From: a virus
Lineage: Duplodnaviria > Caudoviricetes
IMG/VR virus record: IMGVR_UViG_3300048792_000052
Span: 1 to 54,663 of that record
DNA length: 54,663 nt
Strand: one strand, 5' to 3'
Positions 8,708 to 18,747 of this stretch are shown here, in pieces. The notes beneath the pieces are model-generated. The model did not search any database. It saw only the letters and a list, made by a program, of their open reading frames with translations, and had not been told where the DNA came from. The position numbers and the translations under genes were made by a program. Each line of letters begins with the position of its first letter. Position 1 is the stretch's first letter.

Positions 8708-9421
8708 TCATGAGCGGGCTTCCAAGAATCCGGCGAGCTTGGCCGTCGCCTTGAATTGAGGTATCGGGTCGAGAGTTTTGAACGCGGATGTAAAGGCGTT
8801 CGACAAACTCCAAATCGTGCGTGACTGGAACTCTTCAACCTGCGGGTTGAAATAGAGGTCGTGGACGGGCCGGGCCAGGTGTTTCGGAACTTCGAGGTCC
8901 GATTCGATGAATGCCTGGTAGATGAGGAGTTTGGCCGAAACGTCGGTCAGTTGCGATTCGCGCCAGCGATCGACGGCTTTCACCATCGGATCGAAGTTGC
9001 GCTGCATCTGGTCAACGCCAACGGACAATGCGTTCTGAAGCGAGAAGTGTTTCGAATGCTTGGCGAGCACGGGTTCGAAGTCCCCTTGGAACGCCATGTT
9101 TTGGCATACGAAAACTCGGTAGCCGACGGTCATCGCGAGGCGCATGGACTTGTCATGCGAGTTGCGGATGCCGATTGCGAACCGGCAACCATGGAACGTT
9201 GTTTCGAGCTCCATGAGCCCGAACATCTTCATGCCATCTTTCGATACGGCATATTCTTCGGAGTGGACGCCGATATGGCGAAACCCGAGAGTTTCGACGA
9301 GGGCGTTCACGACTTCGTGGTGAGGCACGGGTTTGTGTGTGTCGGTGCCAAGCGGCGTGGGTACAAGCGCGAGCTGTTGGCGATCGAGCTTCCCCTCATA
9401 CGAGATGAGCGTAGAATCCAT
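8708..9421 (-). CDS. DUF932-family protein
   Basis: THKPVPHHE, FAIGIRNSHDKSM, GYRVFVCQNMAF, KH, TIWSLSNAFT; AGGAG SD. Confidence 0.8.
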   Translation of the reverse strand: MDSTLISYEGKLDRQQLALVPTPLGTDTHKPVPHHEVVNALVETLGFRHIGVHSEEYAVSKDGMKMFGLMELETTFHGCRFAIGIRNSHDKSMRLAMTVGYRVFVCQNMAFQGDFEPVLAKHSKHFSLQNALSVGVDQMQRNFDPMVKAVDRWRESQLTDVSAKLLIYQAFIESDLEVPKHLARPVHDLYFNPQVEEFQSRTIWSLSNAFTSAFKTLDPIPQFKATAKLAGFLEARS

Positions 9422-9515
9422 AGTTCTCCTATTCGGTTTTCAAAGTTCGGAAATCGAGCAGTGTGCTCGCACGGAAAGCGACGGGTCGAAAGCGTCGCTT
9501 CCCTTGCGAAAACGC

Positions 9516-9719
9516 TTACGCTGTTTGAGGTACGAAAGTAACCGTTGCGCCTGATTGAGTCGTTCCGACGAGGGTAACGATTGGATCGGCTGCCGGTGCC
9601 GGTGTCGCGGCGATGAATGCTTGAAGATTAGTAACGAAGGTTGCGAGGGTTGTCTCGAACTGGTCTTCCGTTACCGTGGCGAGCGCCTGCGCTGCTGCCA
9701 CAATTTGTTCTGAAGTCAT
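9516..9719 (-). CDS. Hypothetical protein
   Basis: Start MTSEQIV preceded by the AGGTCG leader motif. Confidence 0.55.
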   Translation of the reverse strand: MTSEQIVAAAQALATVTEDQFETTLATFVTNLQAFIAATPAPAADPIVTLVGTTQSGATVTFVPQTA

Positions 9720-9789
9720 GTGCTTGTGATGTTTGGTTTCGACCTTTTTAAGTCTTTCGTGTTGCCTTCTGGGTTTCCGCATGGATGCG

Positions 9790-10020
9790 TTACTGGCCCG
9801 AAACTGGTTTGCCGAGTGCGGCGGAGGAGGAAGCGGCGCCCAAGACCGCTGACTTGTGGAAGTATTGCGTCAGGATGAAGTTCAAAGCGATGACAACGGA
9901 ATTGATCCATGTAACGCTCGGATAAGCGTTCAGGACAGCACCAAAGAAAAGGTACAGCACCGTGACGGCGTTGCTCCAAAATACCCCCGACTTGAAGAAC
10001 GAGAAATTAATGTTGTTCAT
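9790..10020 (-). CDS. Putative holin (2 TM)
   Basis: 76 aa, FFKSGVFWSNAVTVL, two hydrophobic helices, follows the endolysin candidate. Confidence 0.6.
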   Translation of the reverse strand: MNNINFSFFKSGVFWSNAVTVLYLFFGAVLNAYPSVTWINSVVIALNFILTQYFHKSAVLGAASSSAALGKPVSGQ

Positions 10021-10041
10021 TGTTTTTGTGATAACGACCTT

Positions 10042-10914
10042 TTACCATTGGCCCATCTCTTTCGAAACGAGGCCAACGGCTTGTTCGATATCGCTGAGAA
10101 TCTGCTGGATGAGCGTGTTCTTTTCCGGCTGGGAAAGAGTGGGATGCGTGGCTATCTGCTGGATGCTCGGAGGAAGGTCAACGGCGGTGCCGGATTCGAA
10201 GAAGAACTCTGAAGTTACGTACTGCTTGCCAATCATCTTCACGCCGAAGGCGTTGTTGGGATCGGCCGAATCAATCACGCGAAGCGCGTCTGCCGTGTAG
10301 CCGTCGGCAACGATGAAGTGGCCGTACTTCGGCGTGGTGAACGTAGGAGTCGTCGTACCCCAGAATCCGTCATCGCATTTTATGAGCAGAAGGACGGCAC
10401 CGTTTTGATAAATGTACTGGCAGAGAGATTCGAAGTCAGTGTTGCCGAAGGCGTAACTCTGGATTTGATTTTGGCCCGCGTCCGTATCCATCGCCGGAGT
10501 TGCGGCGGTCGGATCGCAGTACGTTGCGGTCGCTAGAGTAACATCGTTTTCGAGCGGCGCAAAATCATCTCCTCCGATTTTCTGGAGCCACTTGAAGATG
10601 GCCGTCATCGTCGTGCCGGCGTCAACTGGGAAACCGTCGTACACCGGAGATGAGGGAGTCTTGAGTTTTATGACTCCATAGCGCGGCGTGAAGCGCTGGG
10701 CTACCTGCGCGTTCAAGTTGCGTTTCAGGATGGCGAGGAAATGGGAAGCCGCGTGTTCGCCGCAGAACGCGGTCTCGCCTTGGTAGTTTCTTTGGAGCCA
10801 AGTGTTGTCCGGAAGGAACTCGGCCGGAAGGGAGATGGGGGCCTGAACGGACCCGAGAAGAACATCTCTCTCATCTTTTGGCCGCTCTATTGCACCAAGC
10901 CGGGTGTAGTCCAT
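10042..10914 (-). CDS. Papain-like cysteine peptidase, putative endolysin
   Basis: LGAIERPKDERD, YQGETAFCGEHA (Gln/Cys), YGHFIVADGY (His), IDS. Confidence 0.72.
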   Translation of the reverse strand: MDYTRLGAIERPKDERDVLLGSVQAPISLPAEFLPDNTWLQRNYQGETAFCGEHAASHFLAILKRNLNAQVAQRFTPRYGVIKLKTPSSPVYDGFPVDAGTTMTAIFKWLQKIGGDDFAPLENDVTLATATYCDPTAATPAMDTDAGQNQIQSYAFGNTDFESLCQYIYQNGAVLLLIKCDDGFWGTTTPTFTTPKYGHFIVADGYTADALRVIDSADPNNAFGVKMIGKQYVTSEFFFESGTAVDLPPSIQQIATHPTLSQPEKNTLIQQILSDIEQAVGLVSKEMGQW

Positions 10915-11070
10915 TTGCTGTTAATTGTGAGTGATACGGCGGATTTGTCCAGTGCACAACCACTCCCCTCCCCTACCGTGGATGTCCCTGTTTTCGTCGC
11001 TTTTTTGTGGTGGGGGAGTGGTACGAACCGAAAAGGAGACACCCTGAAGAGGGGATTAGTGTCCCGCTGG

Positions 11071-11478
11071 TCAGTTGTTCACGATAACGTTCGTCGACTG
11101 TGCCCTTAGCCAGGTCTCGATGAAGCGTTCGATTATCTTTATTGATTCGCTGGTATCTTTCATGAACTGCTCCAAGTGTGGGTTGTAGTTCTTGACGATC
11201 TCCAGATACTTCTCGATGGCCTCGTCTTTGGTCTTGAGCAATACCTTCAGTTCGGCAATGTCCTGCCCCTGCTTAGTGACGATGGTATTCAGGCGGATTA
11301 TCTCGTTCTTGAACTCCGCCAACGTCGCGTCCTTCAGCTGGATGGCCGCTAGGGCGTCTTGGTCTTCGGTGCTCTTTTGCGCCGACTTCGAATTTTGCCA
11401 CGTCGCTATCGCCGCAACGACAATGATGGCGAGCATCGCGCCGTCGAAGAGATTCTGCGGTGTGAGATATTCGTTCAT
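11071..11478 (-). CDS. TM plus coiled-coil protein (lysis/holin-like)
   Basis: N-terminal TM followed by a heptad-rich helix; lies between tail fibre and endolysin. Confidence 0.55.
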   Translation of the reverse strand: MNEYLTPQNLFDGAMLAIIVVAAIATWQNSKSAQKSTEDQDALAAIQLKDATLAEFKNEIIRLNTIVTKQGQDIAELKVLLKTKDEAIEKYLEIVKNYNPHLEQFMKDTSESIKIIERFIETWLRAQSTNVIVNN

Positions 11479-11579
11479 GGCTGTGAATGTTGTTCGTTAT
11501 TCATCTTGTCCTGTGCTATCTCGCGGGCGGTGGTGCGTTCTTCGGACATCGGTTGTGCTTGCTTTATTGTGGAAACATG

Positions 11580-12914
11580 TTAGCCGAATGCTTCCCACAC
11601 CATCCACGACCCGGTGCCGCCTCCGCCCGTTTGCGACCATACGATAGTGATGTTCGTTGCATCGACCGTTACGACGCCAGTGATAAAATTACCACCCGAG
11701 CCGCCAAAGTTATAGATGCTGAATGCGGTTGAGTGTCCGACGTTCGTGCTGGAGTTTGAATACATGCACGATGAGTTCGTGCCATCATACGCTCCTGCCG
11801 TAAATTGAATCTGCGATGTCGTTCCGTAGGATGCGGTGAACTTCACGAGCGCAGGCACCTTGCCGAGGCCGTGGGCGATGGTCTGCGTGCCGGATGATTG
11901 ATTCATCGCGGCGACACCTGTCTTAGCCGCATTGAAGCCGGCTGCTCCCCATGAAGGATTTGCACCTGCGCCATTCGTCGTTAGTATCCCGCCGCTTGTG
12001 CCAGCCGGAAGCCGCGCCCACACGCCGGCGCCGTTGTAGTACAAAACATCACCCTGTGCGTCGCTGCCGGGATCGAATATGACGATGCCTGCCGCGATCT
12101 GGCTGGCGCTCGATATGTAACCGGCATCCGTGAGAAAACTCCGGACGTCATTCAGTACGTAGCCCTGCCCGCTTTGCTGGTTGTCGTTGTCGTACAGTGC
12201 GGTTTCGCCGACAACGTTATAAATCTCCGCGATTACAACCTTGTTGACGGGATAGCTCGGAGCAACGGGAGAAGCGTTTTCCGTCCCCGTTACGAGCGCA
12301 ATAGTTCCGCTCGAATCGGCAGTTACAAGATCGATGCGGGGATGGGACGAGGGCGCGGTGATGGTAGGCGTACTGCCACCTAAGAAAAGGATGCGAGTCG
12401 TGCCGACGTAATACGTGCCCGGCTGGACATAGAGTTTCATCGTTTGGGCGGTCCATGTGCCGCTTGTGACGGTCGTCGAAGCGCTGAAAGAAGTGAGGGG
12501 AGAGTAGGTCGAAGTATTGAGCGAAAACGGCGTGATGGTCGTTCCGCCGGATGGCAGCGCCCAGCCGAGATACTGGACGAGAATTGCATTCGCGGAGGAG
12601 AGCGCGACGCCCGTCGCTGTCGTAACGGTCGGATTTTGAAGCAGCGTGATGACATTCGCGACAAAGGCTGCTGCTGAACCTCCAATCAGAACATTCCCTG
12701 CGGTAGCTCCAATGCTCGTAACGGCGGTAAGCACGACATTCGTTCCGTTGATATCGAGCGTAACAGTCTGGTTGTTTGTTGGCGTCGTCCCGAGCGCCAA
12801 TGCACCGAGTTGCTGATGGACATGGAGAAACGCAGCACCAGCCGCATCGGAACGCAGCGCGTTATGTTCATGCGCGAAGTACGTGCTGCCACTCGGGAGA
12901 CGAACTGATTTCAT
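11580..12914 (-). CDS. Tail fibre/receptor-binding protein
   Basis: HPRIDLV, QGDVLYYNG...RLPAGTSG.ILT..GAGANPSW, IAHGLGKVP motifs; position at the end of the tail module. Confidence 0.72.
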   Translation of the reverse strand: MKSVRLPSGSTYFAHEHNALRSDAAGAAFLHVHQQLGALALGTTPTNNQTVTLDINGTNVVLTAVTSIGATAGNVLIGGSAAAFVANVITLLQNPTVTTATGVALSSANAILVQYLGWALPSGGTTITPFSLNTSTYSPLTSFSASTTVTSGTWTAQTMKLYVQPGTYYVGTTRILFLGGSTPTITAPSSHPRIDLVTADSSGTIALVTGTENASPVAPSYPVNKVVIAEIYNVVGETALYDNDNQQSGQGYVLNDVRSFLTDAGYISSASQIAAGIVIFDPGSDAQGDVLYYNGAGVWARLPAGTSGGILTTNGAGANPSWGAAGFNAAKTGVAAMNQSSGTQTIAHGLGKVPALVKFTASYGTTSQIQFTAGAYDGTNSSCMYSNSSTNVGHSTAFSIYNFGGSGGNFITGVVTVDATNITIVWSQTGGGGTGSWMVWEAFG

Positions 12915-13474
12915 GAATTTGCAAATCCGAAGTCGATCTCAAGGGTCGTATCGACGCCAGCGGTCTTCACATATGGGGATGAGAATAGCGCGTGGTTGAA
13001 CATGTTGCCCGAACCGAGGCTCGATGAGCCGCCAACGAAGGAACCGAACTCGTAGTAGGTGGTGTTGGCCAAAGTGCCGTCCGTGAAGAAGAACTGGAGC
13101 TGCGCTTCGTTGTATTGGCTGTCGGCGGCGTAGCTGACGGGCGCGCGGTTGGTTGGAGTCGTGAGGGCGATGTCGGTATTCATCGGCGCCGTGTTGCCGG
13201 TGCCAATTTCCCCCCAAGCAATCCCGAGCGGGATGGCTAGACTGCCATTGTATGCGCTCAAGAGATACTGGACCAGAATGTCGAAACCGCAATTGAGCGA
13301 CCAGACAATCATGTTTTTCTGCTGGACTTTCACATCCCCGGCCTTGATAAGATTTTGAGCTTCGATCAGGTGCCCTTGCGCGATGAGCGCGTGGTACGCG
13401 TCAATCGTGCCTGCGGGATGCGAGCGAACCGTTACTGTACCGGTGATTCTTACACCGTCCTGTTCAATGTTCAT
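12911..13474 (-). CDS. Tail/baseplate protein
   Basis: NMIV..G, IGTGNTAP..TD.AL, EFG.F, MFNH...YVKT motif typical of tail-tip/fibre-attachment proteins. Confidence 0.65.
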   Translation of the reverse strand: MNIEQDGVRITGTVTVRSHPAGTIDAYHALIAQGHLIEAQNLIKAGDVKVQQKNMIVWSLNCGFDILVQYLLSAYNGSLAIPLGIAWGEIGTGNTAPMNTDIALTTPTNRAPVSYAADSQYNEAQLQFFFTDGTLANTTYYEFGSFVGGSSSLGSGNMFNHALFSSPYVKTAGVDTTLEIDFGFANS

Positions 13475-13525
13475 GGGGGTTTGGATTAATTGTAGGGTGC
13501 TATGCGAAAAAGGCCTATGTGCATA

Positions 13526-15043
13526 TCAGGAGAGCCGTGCGAAGCCGAGGCGGAATTGATTGGAGGCCGCAACACCTAACTCGTAAGGCATGGAAGTTGT
13601 AACGGGCGTTTGGAGAGTTTCCGTGACGATTGCCTCCTCCTCCGCGCCTTCCCAATTTTCGGTAACCGTCGAATCGTCCACGGTTGTCTGATTACTTTCC
13701 TGCTGCAAGATGCTCTGCATCAAATCGGTGAAAGTAACGACATCAGAACCGATTGCCTCGATCTGATACTCAAGCATTCCGTTCGCGCCCGGCACAAAGC
13801 CCGTGACTTCAATTCGCTTGATGATGAGAGTATCCGTAAGGCCGAACGCGGTAAGGTCAAAATTGATGGCTTGCCCTATCTTGCAACCGGGTATCAAGGT
13901 TTTGAACTTCACGTCATACACCGGATGGCCGAACTGGAGGATCTGGGCTAGTGCGCGCTGCTGGGCTTCAGGAACGCTCAAAATCTTCGTATCGGTGATA
14001 ACCCCTTGGTACTCACCGTAGGTGGCAATGCTTGAAGCGTCGGAAGCGTGGGCGATGATGGGAACTTTGGCCGTGCCGAACACTTTGACGGTCTGCCCGC
14101 TGCCAGGCGCACCAGCGGTGAACTGAACCCAGCGTTGCGCGGAGTTATACATGACCTGGAAGCTGGCCGGGTCATCCTGGTTCGCGATGCCAACGGTCTG
14201 GGGCGTGCCGGCCAGAGTAACCGTTATGGGAACGGCTTCAAAGGAAACGGCGGTCGGAGAGTAATAAGGATACGAAACGCTGAAGAACTGGCGGATGCCG
14301 TCAGTAAGGAAGGTGTCGGGCGTTGTGATGGCTGTGAAGGTTTTGGGGTACGTCCCGCCGATGACAAAGACGCTGTTCTGCATGTTCGTGATATTCACGT
14401 CCACGTCTAGCGAGTTCCACTCGATGTCTGCGCCGTTATACCCGCCGGTCGTATTCACGAAGATCGGAGCAATACCCCCTTCGCCCACGCCGTCGTCAAC
14501 ATCGCCCAAAAAGAAATGAACGTCCTTATTCGGATCGATGTACCAATCCCAGCCGATGAGGTTGGCAAGAGATTGTAGTGCTTTTGAAGGCTGCTGGTAG
14601 TTGAACTTGATAGAAGGGATGAGGAAGTTGCCCTTCTGGACGTGGTTCGTCGTGAAGCCTTTGGCTCCAAGAGGGTCGGCTTGGGCGATGATGTCGAGGA
14701 CGATGTCGTGCGGGTCGAGCTGGGAATAGTTATCTCTGATAAGGATTCCGTTCAAAAGGTATCCCCAGTCGGTTGCGGTAATTTGCCACGTAATCATCAA
14801 CCCGGAGATGATCGCTTCGGTTTCCGTGACGGTGCCAGCCCAGATGAGGCCGGTTGAATCGTAAAGGCTGAGGGTATCGCCGATTACTGGGACCGTGACG
14901 GAAGTGGGGTTCGCTGCGTTCTGGCGGACTGAAACTTTGAACGTCCCCACGTCCTTTGTCATCTGCGCGACTGCGTCAATCGACTTCCAGTCGACGGAGT
15001 TTGAGATGTCAGACGAATTGCAGGTGACGACTACCGGGTTCAT
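13526..15043 (-). CDS. Tail tip/baseplate hub-like protein
   Basis: 505 aa directly after tape measure; LANLIGWDWYID, NSVFVIGG, DASSIATYGEYQ. Confidence 0.7.
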   Translation of the reverse strand: MNPVVVTCNSSDISNSVDWKSIDAVAQMTKDVGTFKVSVRQNAANPTSVTVPVIGDTLSLYDSTGLIWAGTVTETEAIISGLMITWQITATDWGYLLNGILIRDNYSQLDPHDIVLDIIAQADPLGAKGFTTNHVQKGNFLIPSIKFNYQQPSKALQSLANLIGWDWYIDPNKDVHFFLGDVDDGVGEGGIAPIFVNTTGGYNGADIEWNSLDVDVNITNMQNSVFVIGGTYPKTFTAITTPDTFLTDGIRQFFSVSYPYYSPTAVSFEAVPITVTLAGTPQTVGIANQDDPASFQVMYNSAQRWVQFTAGAPGSGQTVKVFGTAKVPIIAHASDASSIATYGEYQGVITDTKILSVPEAQQRALAQILQFGHPVYDVKFKTLIPGCKIGQAINFDLTAFGLTDTLIIKRIEVTGFVPGANGMLEYQIEAIGSDVVTFTDLMQSILQQESNQTTVDDSTVTENWEGAEEEAIVTETLQTPVTTSMPYELGVAASNQFRLGFARLS

Positions 15044-16752
15044 CAGAGTGCATAGCCGGTTACTTTAAGGCCGCGGAGGATGCTTTTCGCAAGAAGGTCG
15101 CCAATCTGCTTCATGGTCGAGCCGTCCGCCGGAAAAACACCGCCATTGATATTGATAACGATTTGCTGCCCGCCTGCTCCCCCGCCCATGCCTGAAAGTG
15201 GGATCACGGCTTCTGGCCCGGCTTCGCCGATAAGGGCCAAGGTCGGTTGCGTTACAAATCCCCCTTCCGCGAGCATTGGAATATCAGGAATGCTGAAGCC
15301 TAAATTGACGGAGGGCGTGGCGAGTTTCGTTCCGGGAATTGAGATTGACGGTATGGAAATGTGGATGGCGTCGAGCGCGTTAATGAAGGCGTTGATGGCG
15401 GAGATAACGTAGTCCACTCCCGCCTTCACGGTGTTCTGGATGGTGGTCCAGATAGTACCGATGAAGTTGCTGATGTCGGTCCAAATTGTCTCCGTATCCG
15501 TTTTGATAAGGTTCCAGTTGAAATAGATCGCCGCCGCGAGCGCGACGATAGCAATGACCACGAGGCCAATCGGAGAGGCAATGGCGGCGATAACAACGCC
15601 AACCACTTCGATGACAGGGGTAACGGTGATGATCGCAACGCCAACGAGACCTATCACGAGCAAGAGCGCAGCAAGGGCTATGGCACCAATGATAATGGCG
15701 TCCGTGAGTTTTGGATGCGCTTCGGCCCACGCGGTGATGTCTTGGATGATCGGCTCAAGGTCTTTCGCGATAGCATCAAGAAGCGGCAAAAGGTCATTCC
15801 CGATGACCGTTCCTAAAGCCGTCATTTGATTGCTGAGCTGAGTAAGCGCTGCGCCGGGCGCGCCCGCCGCGGCGCTTGCTACCCCGCCGATGGAATCTTG
15901 GAGCGTTTTCAAAATGAGCGCGTCGGCTCCGGCGTTATCGCCCACTTTCGCCATATTCTCGATGATGGTGACGGTGGCGGCCGGGAAGTCGATGTTGCCC
16001 TGGCGGATGAGCTGGTTCAATCCTGCCACTGGGTCGGTGAGGGCGTTCGTGAGCATCCGCGTCGCGTTCGGAAGGTCCGTTCCCATCTTGGTCGCCAGAT
16101 CTGCGGCCATGAACGTGACGTTTTGGTATGAACCCTGCAACTGCGCGTGGCTCAAAATGAGCGCCTCGGAGGAAAGCACGTCCTGTTGTGAAAAGAGGGT
16201 TGTCGCTTGGAGCTGTTGTGCGTACGCCTGAACCTGGGAAAGGGGAATTGCCGAGCCGGTGTCCTTGAGTATTTGGACAATCTGGGCTGAGGTTTCGTCC
16301 CAATCTTTTGCGGAAGATACGGCGTCGCTGATGGCGCTTTTGATGCCAAGAAAGGCTATCCCAGCGATCGCGGCAAGCCCTGCATACGCTCCGGCGGAGC
16401 TTGTAGCGGCTTCCTCGGACGATGCGGCAATGTCGGCATCGGCTTCGGCAATCACTGCTGCCGCCTCTTGGGCGCTGATTCCCGTGTCGAGCATGAGCTG
16501 CTGCATCTCTTCTGAATCTTGCGCGACGACTGCGGCAGCCATGTCAAAACGCTCCTGCTGAGTAAGCAGGGCGTCTTCAATCTCACCTGTGGTTTCGTTT
16601 ACCTGAAGCCCGAACTCGGCAAAGCTGGCTCCGGCGGCATCGGTTCCCGCCGCCACATCCTCGGCCATCCCACTGACGGAGTCCGCAATTTCAGCCATCG
16701 TTGCCGATGCTTCATCGACGGCTGTTACGAGGATTTCAAGCTCGGACTCCAT
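15043..16752 (-). CDS. Tail tape measure protein
   Basis: LEILVTAVDEAS start, Ala-rich helices, AADLA...ALTDPVAGL, hydrophobic stretch, periodic Trp, IPMLAEGGFVTQPTLALIGEAGPEAVIPL. Confidence 0.88.
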   Translation of the reverse strand: MESELEILVTAVDEASATMAEIADSVSGMAEDVAAGTDAAGASFAEFGLQVNETTGEIEDALLTQQERFDMAAAVVAQDSEEMQQLMLDTGISAQEAAAVIAEADADIAASSEEAATSSAGAYAGLAAIAGIAFLGIKSAISDAVSSAKDWDETSAQIVQILKDTGSAIPLSQVQAYAQQLQATTLFSQQDVLSSEALILSHAQLQGSYQNVTFMAADLATKMGTDLPNATRMLTNALTDPVAGLNQLIRQGNIDFPAATVTIIENMAKVGDNAGADALILKTLQDSIGGVASAAAGAPGAALTQLSNQMTALGTVIGNDLLPLLDAIAKDLEPIIQDITAWAEAHPKLTDAIIIGAIALAALLLVIGLVGVAIITVTPVIEVVGVVIAAIASPIGLVVIAIVALAAAIYFNWNLIKTDTETIWTDISNFIGTIWTTIQNTVKAGVDYVISAINAFINALDAIHISIPSISIPGTKLATPSVNLGFSIPDIPMLAEGGFVTQPTLALIGEAGPEAVIPLSGMGGGAGGQQIVININGGVFPADGSTMKQIGDLLAKSILRGLKVTGYAL

Positions 16753-16759
16753 GATGGCG

Positions 16760-16897
16760 TTAGGATTTTAGATATTTGTCCGCCGCGTCCCAGACCTTCT
16801 TGTGCTGTTTGGCGCGGTAGATGGCGCCGCCGATTATGAATGCGAATAGCGCAAGAGGGCAGAACGCGAACACGAATAGAATGGCGAATGTTTGCAT
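16760..16897 (-). CDS. Small single-TM protein (45 aa) upstream of tape measure
   Basis: Own translation: MQTFAILFVFAFCPLALFAFIIGGAIYRAKQHKKVWDAADKYLKS; AGGTCG motif 20 nt upstream. Confidence 0.55.
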   Translation of the reverse strand: MQTFAILFVFAFCPLALFAFIIGGAIYRAKQHKKVWDAADKYLKS

Positions 16898-16966
16898 GGA
16901 ATCTTCAATTTGGTTTTCGACCTTTCAACCCGCTAACTATGCACCCTAACGAACGCTCTGGCAAGG

Positions 16967-17179
16967 TCATTTATTTCTGCGTTCGGCTTGCTCCGCCTCG
17001 TTCTGGAGCATCGAGAGAAGCATGGTAATGAACCACTGCGGCTGGCTGCAATAGACTTCCCAACTCCATTTCATTTCGCGGCATAAGATTGCCGCTTTCA
17101 TCTGGGCGGGGAGCTGCGCTCTGCCGATGGCGAAGAACTCGTGCCAGAGAACGTCTACGCCTGAGTCTTCGCCTCCGTA
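16967..17179 (-). CDS. -1 frameshift extension of tail assembly chaperone (gpGT-like)
   Basis: After G-GAT-TTT (17185-17179) the -1 frame reads YGGEDSGVDVLWHEFF...LCREMKWSWEVYCSQPQWFITMLLSML...RNK*. Confidence 0.7.
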   Translation of the reverse strand, partial: YGGEDSGVDVLWHEFFAIGRAQLPAQMKAAILCREMKWSWEVYCSQPQWFITMLLSMLQNEAEQAERRNK

Positions 17180-17445
17180 AAATCCGGATTGATGAGCTTC
17201 GCGACTTCCTTGCTTACGAAGGCGTAGTCGGCAAACGGAAGGGCGCGGAGGGCGTTCGGAATGTCCGTGGTTGCGCCGTTCACCGAAATGACGACAACGT
17301 CCATGATGCGCTTGCTCAACTGCACCTTAGAAAGCTCAGTGGGAGAATCGCTCGCGTCGAGAAAGTCTCCGCCGGTGAGCTGATCCTTCAGTTCGATCAC
17401 GACACCCGATGGGGTCGTAATGCTCTTAGTCTTGATTTCAGACAT
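17155..17445 (-). CDS. Tail assembly chaperone (gpG-like)
   Basis: 96 aa between tail tube and tape measure, ending NPDFT at a slippery site. Confidence 0.75.
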   Translation of the reverse strand: MSEIKTKSITTPSGVVIELKDQLTGGDFLDASDSPTELSKVQLSKRIMDVVVISVNGATTDIPNALRALPFADYAFVSKEVAKLINPDFTEAKTQA

Positions 17446-17474
17446 GTGATGAGGATTATGAGTTTCGACCTTGA

Positions 17475-18476
17475 TTAGTACGTACCACTCTGGGTGTTCG
17501 TGATGACGGCTTTTATCATCTGCGTGTCGGCCAATTTATACGTGGCCGAAAACTTCAACGTCTGGTACACGACGTCTTTCAAACTCTTCTTGATGCCGAG
17601 GTCCTTGAAGAAAACCTGGTTCAAGGTGATGGCGAGTTCGGGATTCGCTGCGGAGCCGATCGTTACATCGGTGTTCTTCAAGTCGATAAGCATCGCCTGG
17701 CCGACGTTCGGCGTGGCGAGGAAGATGTTTTTGAAATCCGTCAGATTCTGATAGATCGCCTCCAAGGTACCGCTCACTTTGAACTCTTTGTTCAAGAAGT
17801 CTGCTGGGGCAACGCTGCCCAACACTTCCTGGTCTTCAATGTCCGCGTCGATATCAAGTTTGATGTTCTTCAACGCTATCGCAGTCGCGCCGGACAATCC
17901 CGATGCCGTCGTCGCGTACTTGAACGTCATGTACTGCGGGATGAAGCGGTTTTCCGCGACAATCGAGGGGCTGAAAGCCGATTGCGAAACGCCTTTCTGC
18001 GCTCGCACGGACATGGAGAGCTGAACAAACTTCTTGAGCTGCGCGTCGAGGGTCATTTTGTGAATGACGCCGTTCGCATGGCTGAAATCAGTCCCGCCAA
18101 GCGGATCATGCACGAACATCGTGAGCGATTGATGCTGGGCTGTCTCCCCTACGGTAAAGGTGTGGTCATAGACTACGGTTTCTCCAGCGTGCGTTGCAAC
18201 CGCTTGCGCCCCGAACATGGAGAGAAAAAGCAGCGGTGAACTGAGATCGGTGAGCGGCATTTTGAAACTGCCGTCCGCAAAGTTCTTAACCCGGTATTCT
18301 CCGATTGAGTTTTCAATCACGCCTACCGCCTGGTCGGCAGAGACGTTGTCGGCTTTCTCGTCAAAATCGAGGTCATCCCACGGCGACCAGGCCGTTGCAG
18401 CACTGATGGCTGTCCCACGCGTGGCTTCCTTTGCATACCCGTATTGGACGAGTCTTCCAATTCCTTTCTGTGACAT
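17475..18476 (-). CDS. Major tail tube protein
   Basis: GYAKEATRGTA, VYDHTFT, SLT, VSGTLEA; position before the chaperone. Confidence 0.85.
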   Translation of the reverse strand: MSQKGIGRLVQYGYAKEATRGTAISAATAWSPWDDLDFDEKADNVSADQAVGVIENSIGEYRVKNFADGSFKMPLTDLSSPLLFLSMFGAQAVATHAGETVVYDHTFTVGETAQHQSLTMFVHDPLGGTDFSHANGVIHKMTLDAQLKKFVQLSMSVRAQKGVSQSAFSPSIVAENRFIPQYMTFKYATTASGLSGATAIALKNIKLDIDADIEDQEVLGSVAPADFLNKEFKVSGTLEAIYQNLTDFKNIFLATPNVGQAMLIDLKNTDVTIGSAANPELAITLNQVFFKDLGIKKSLKDVVYQTLKFSATYKLADTQMIKAVITNTQSGTY

Positions 18477-18478
18477 GG

Positions 18479-18730
18479 TTATTCGTTATTGGTTGATTCA
18501 CCGACCTTTTCTTCTGCCGGTATAAGCGGCTCGCGGGTGTCTTTATGAATCTCCTCCGCCTGTTCGCGGTTCGGAGCTTTGATGGTCATGGGCTTCCACA
18601 CCCCGCCACCGGGGAAGAAGTACTCGTTGATGAGCTGGGAGACGGCACGCACACTCGTCGGCGTATCAGCCACTTTGTTTTGGGCTTCCGAGCTGTCAAT
18701 CATTTTGTTGGTTGCAGTGGGTATATCCAC
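18479..18730 (-). CDS. Hypothetical virion-module protein
   Basis: 83-aa ORF packed in the tail operon. Confidence 0.6.
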   Translation of the reverse strand: MDIPTATNKMIDSSEAQNKVADTPTSVRAVSQLINEYFFPGGGVWKPMTIKAPNREQAEEIHKDTREPLIPAEEKVGESTNNE

Positions 18731-18747
18731 GTTGTTGATAATTAGGT

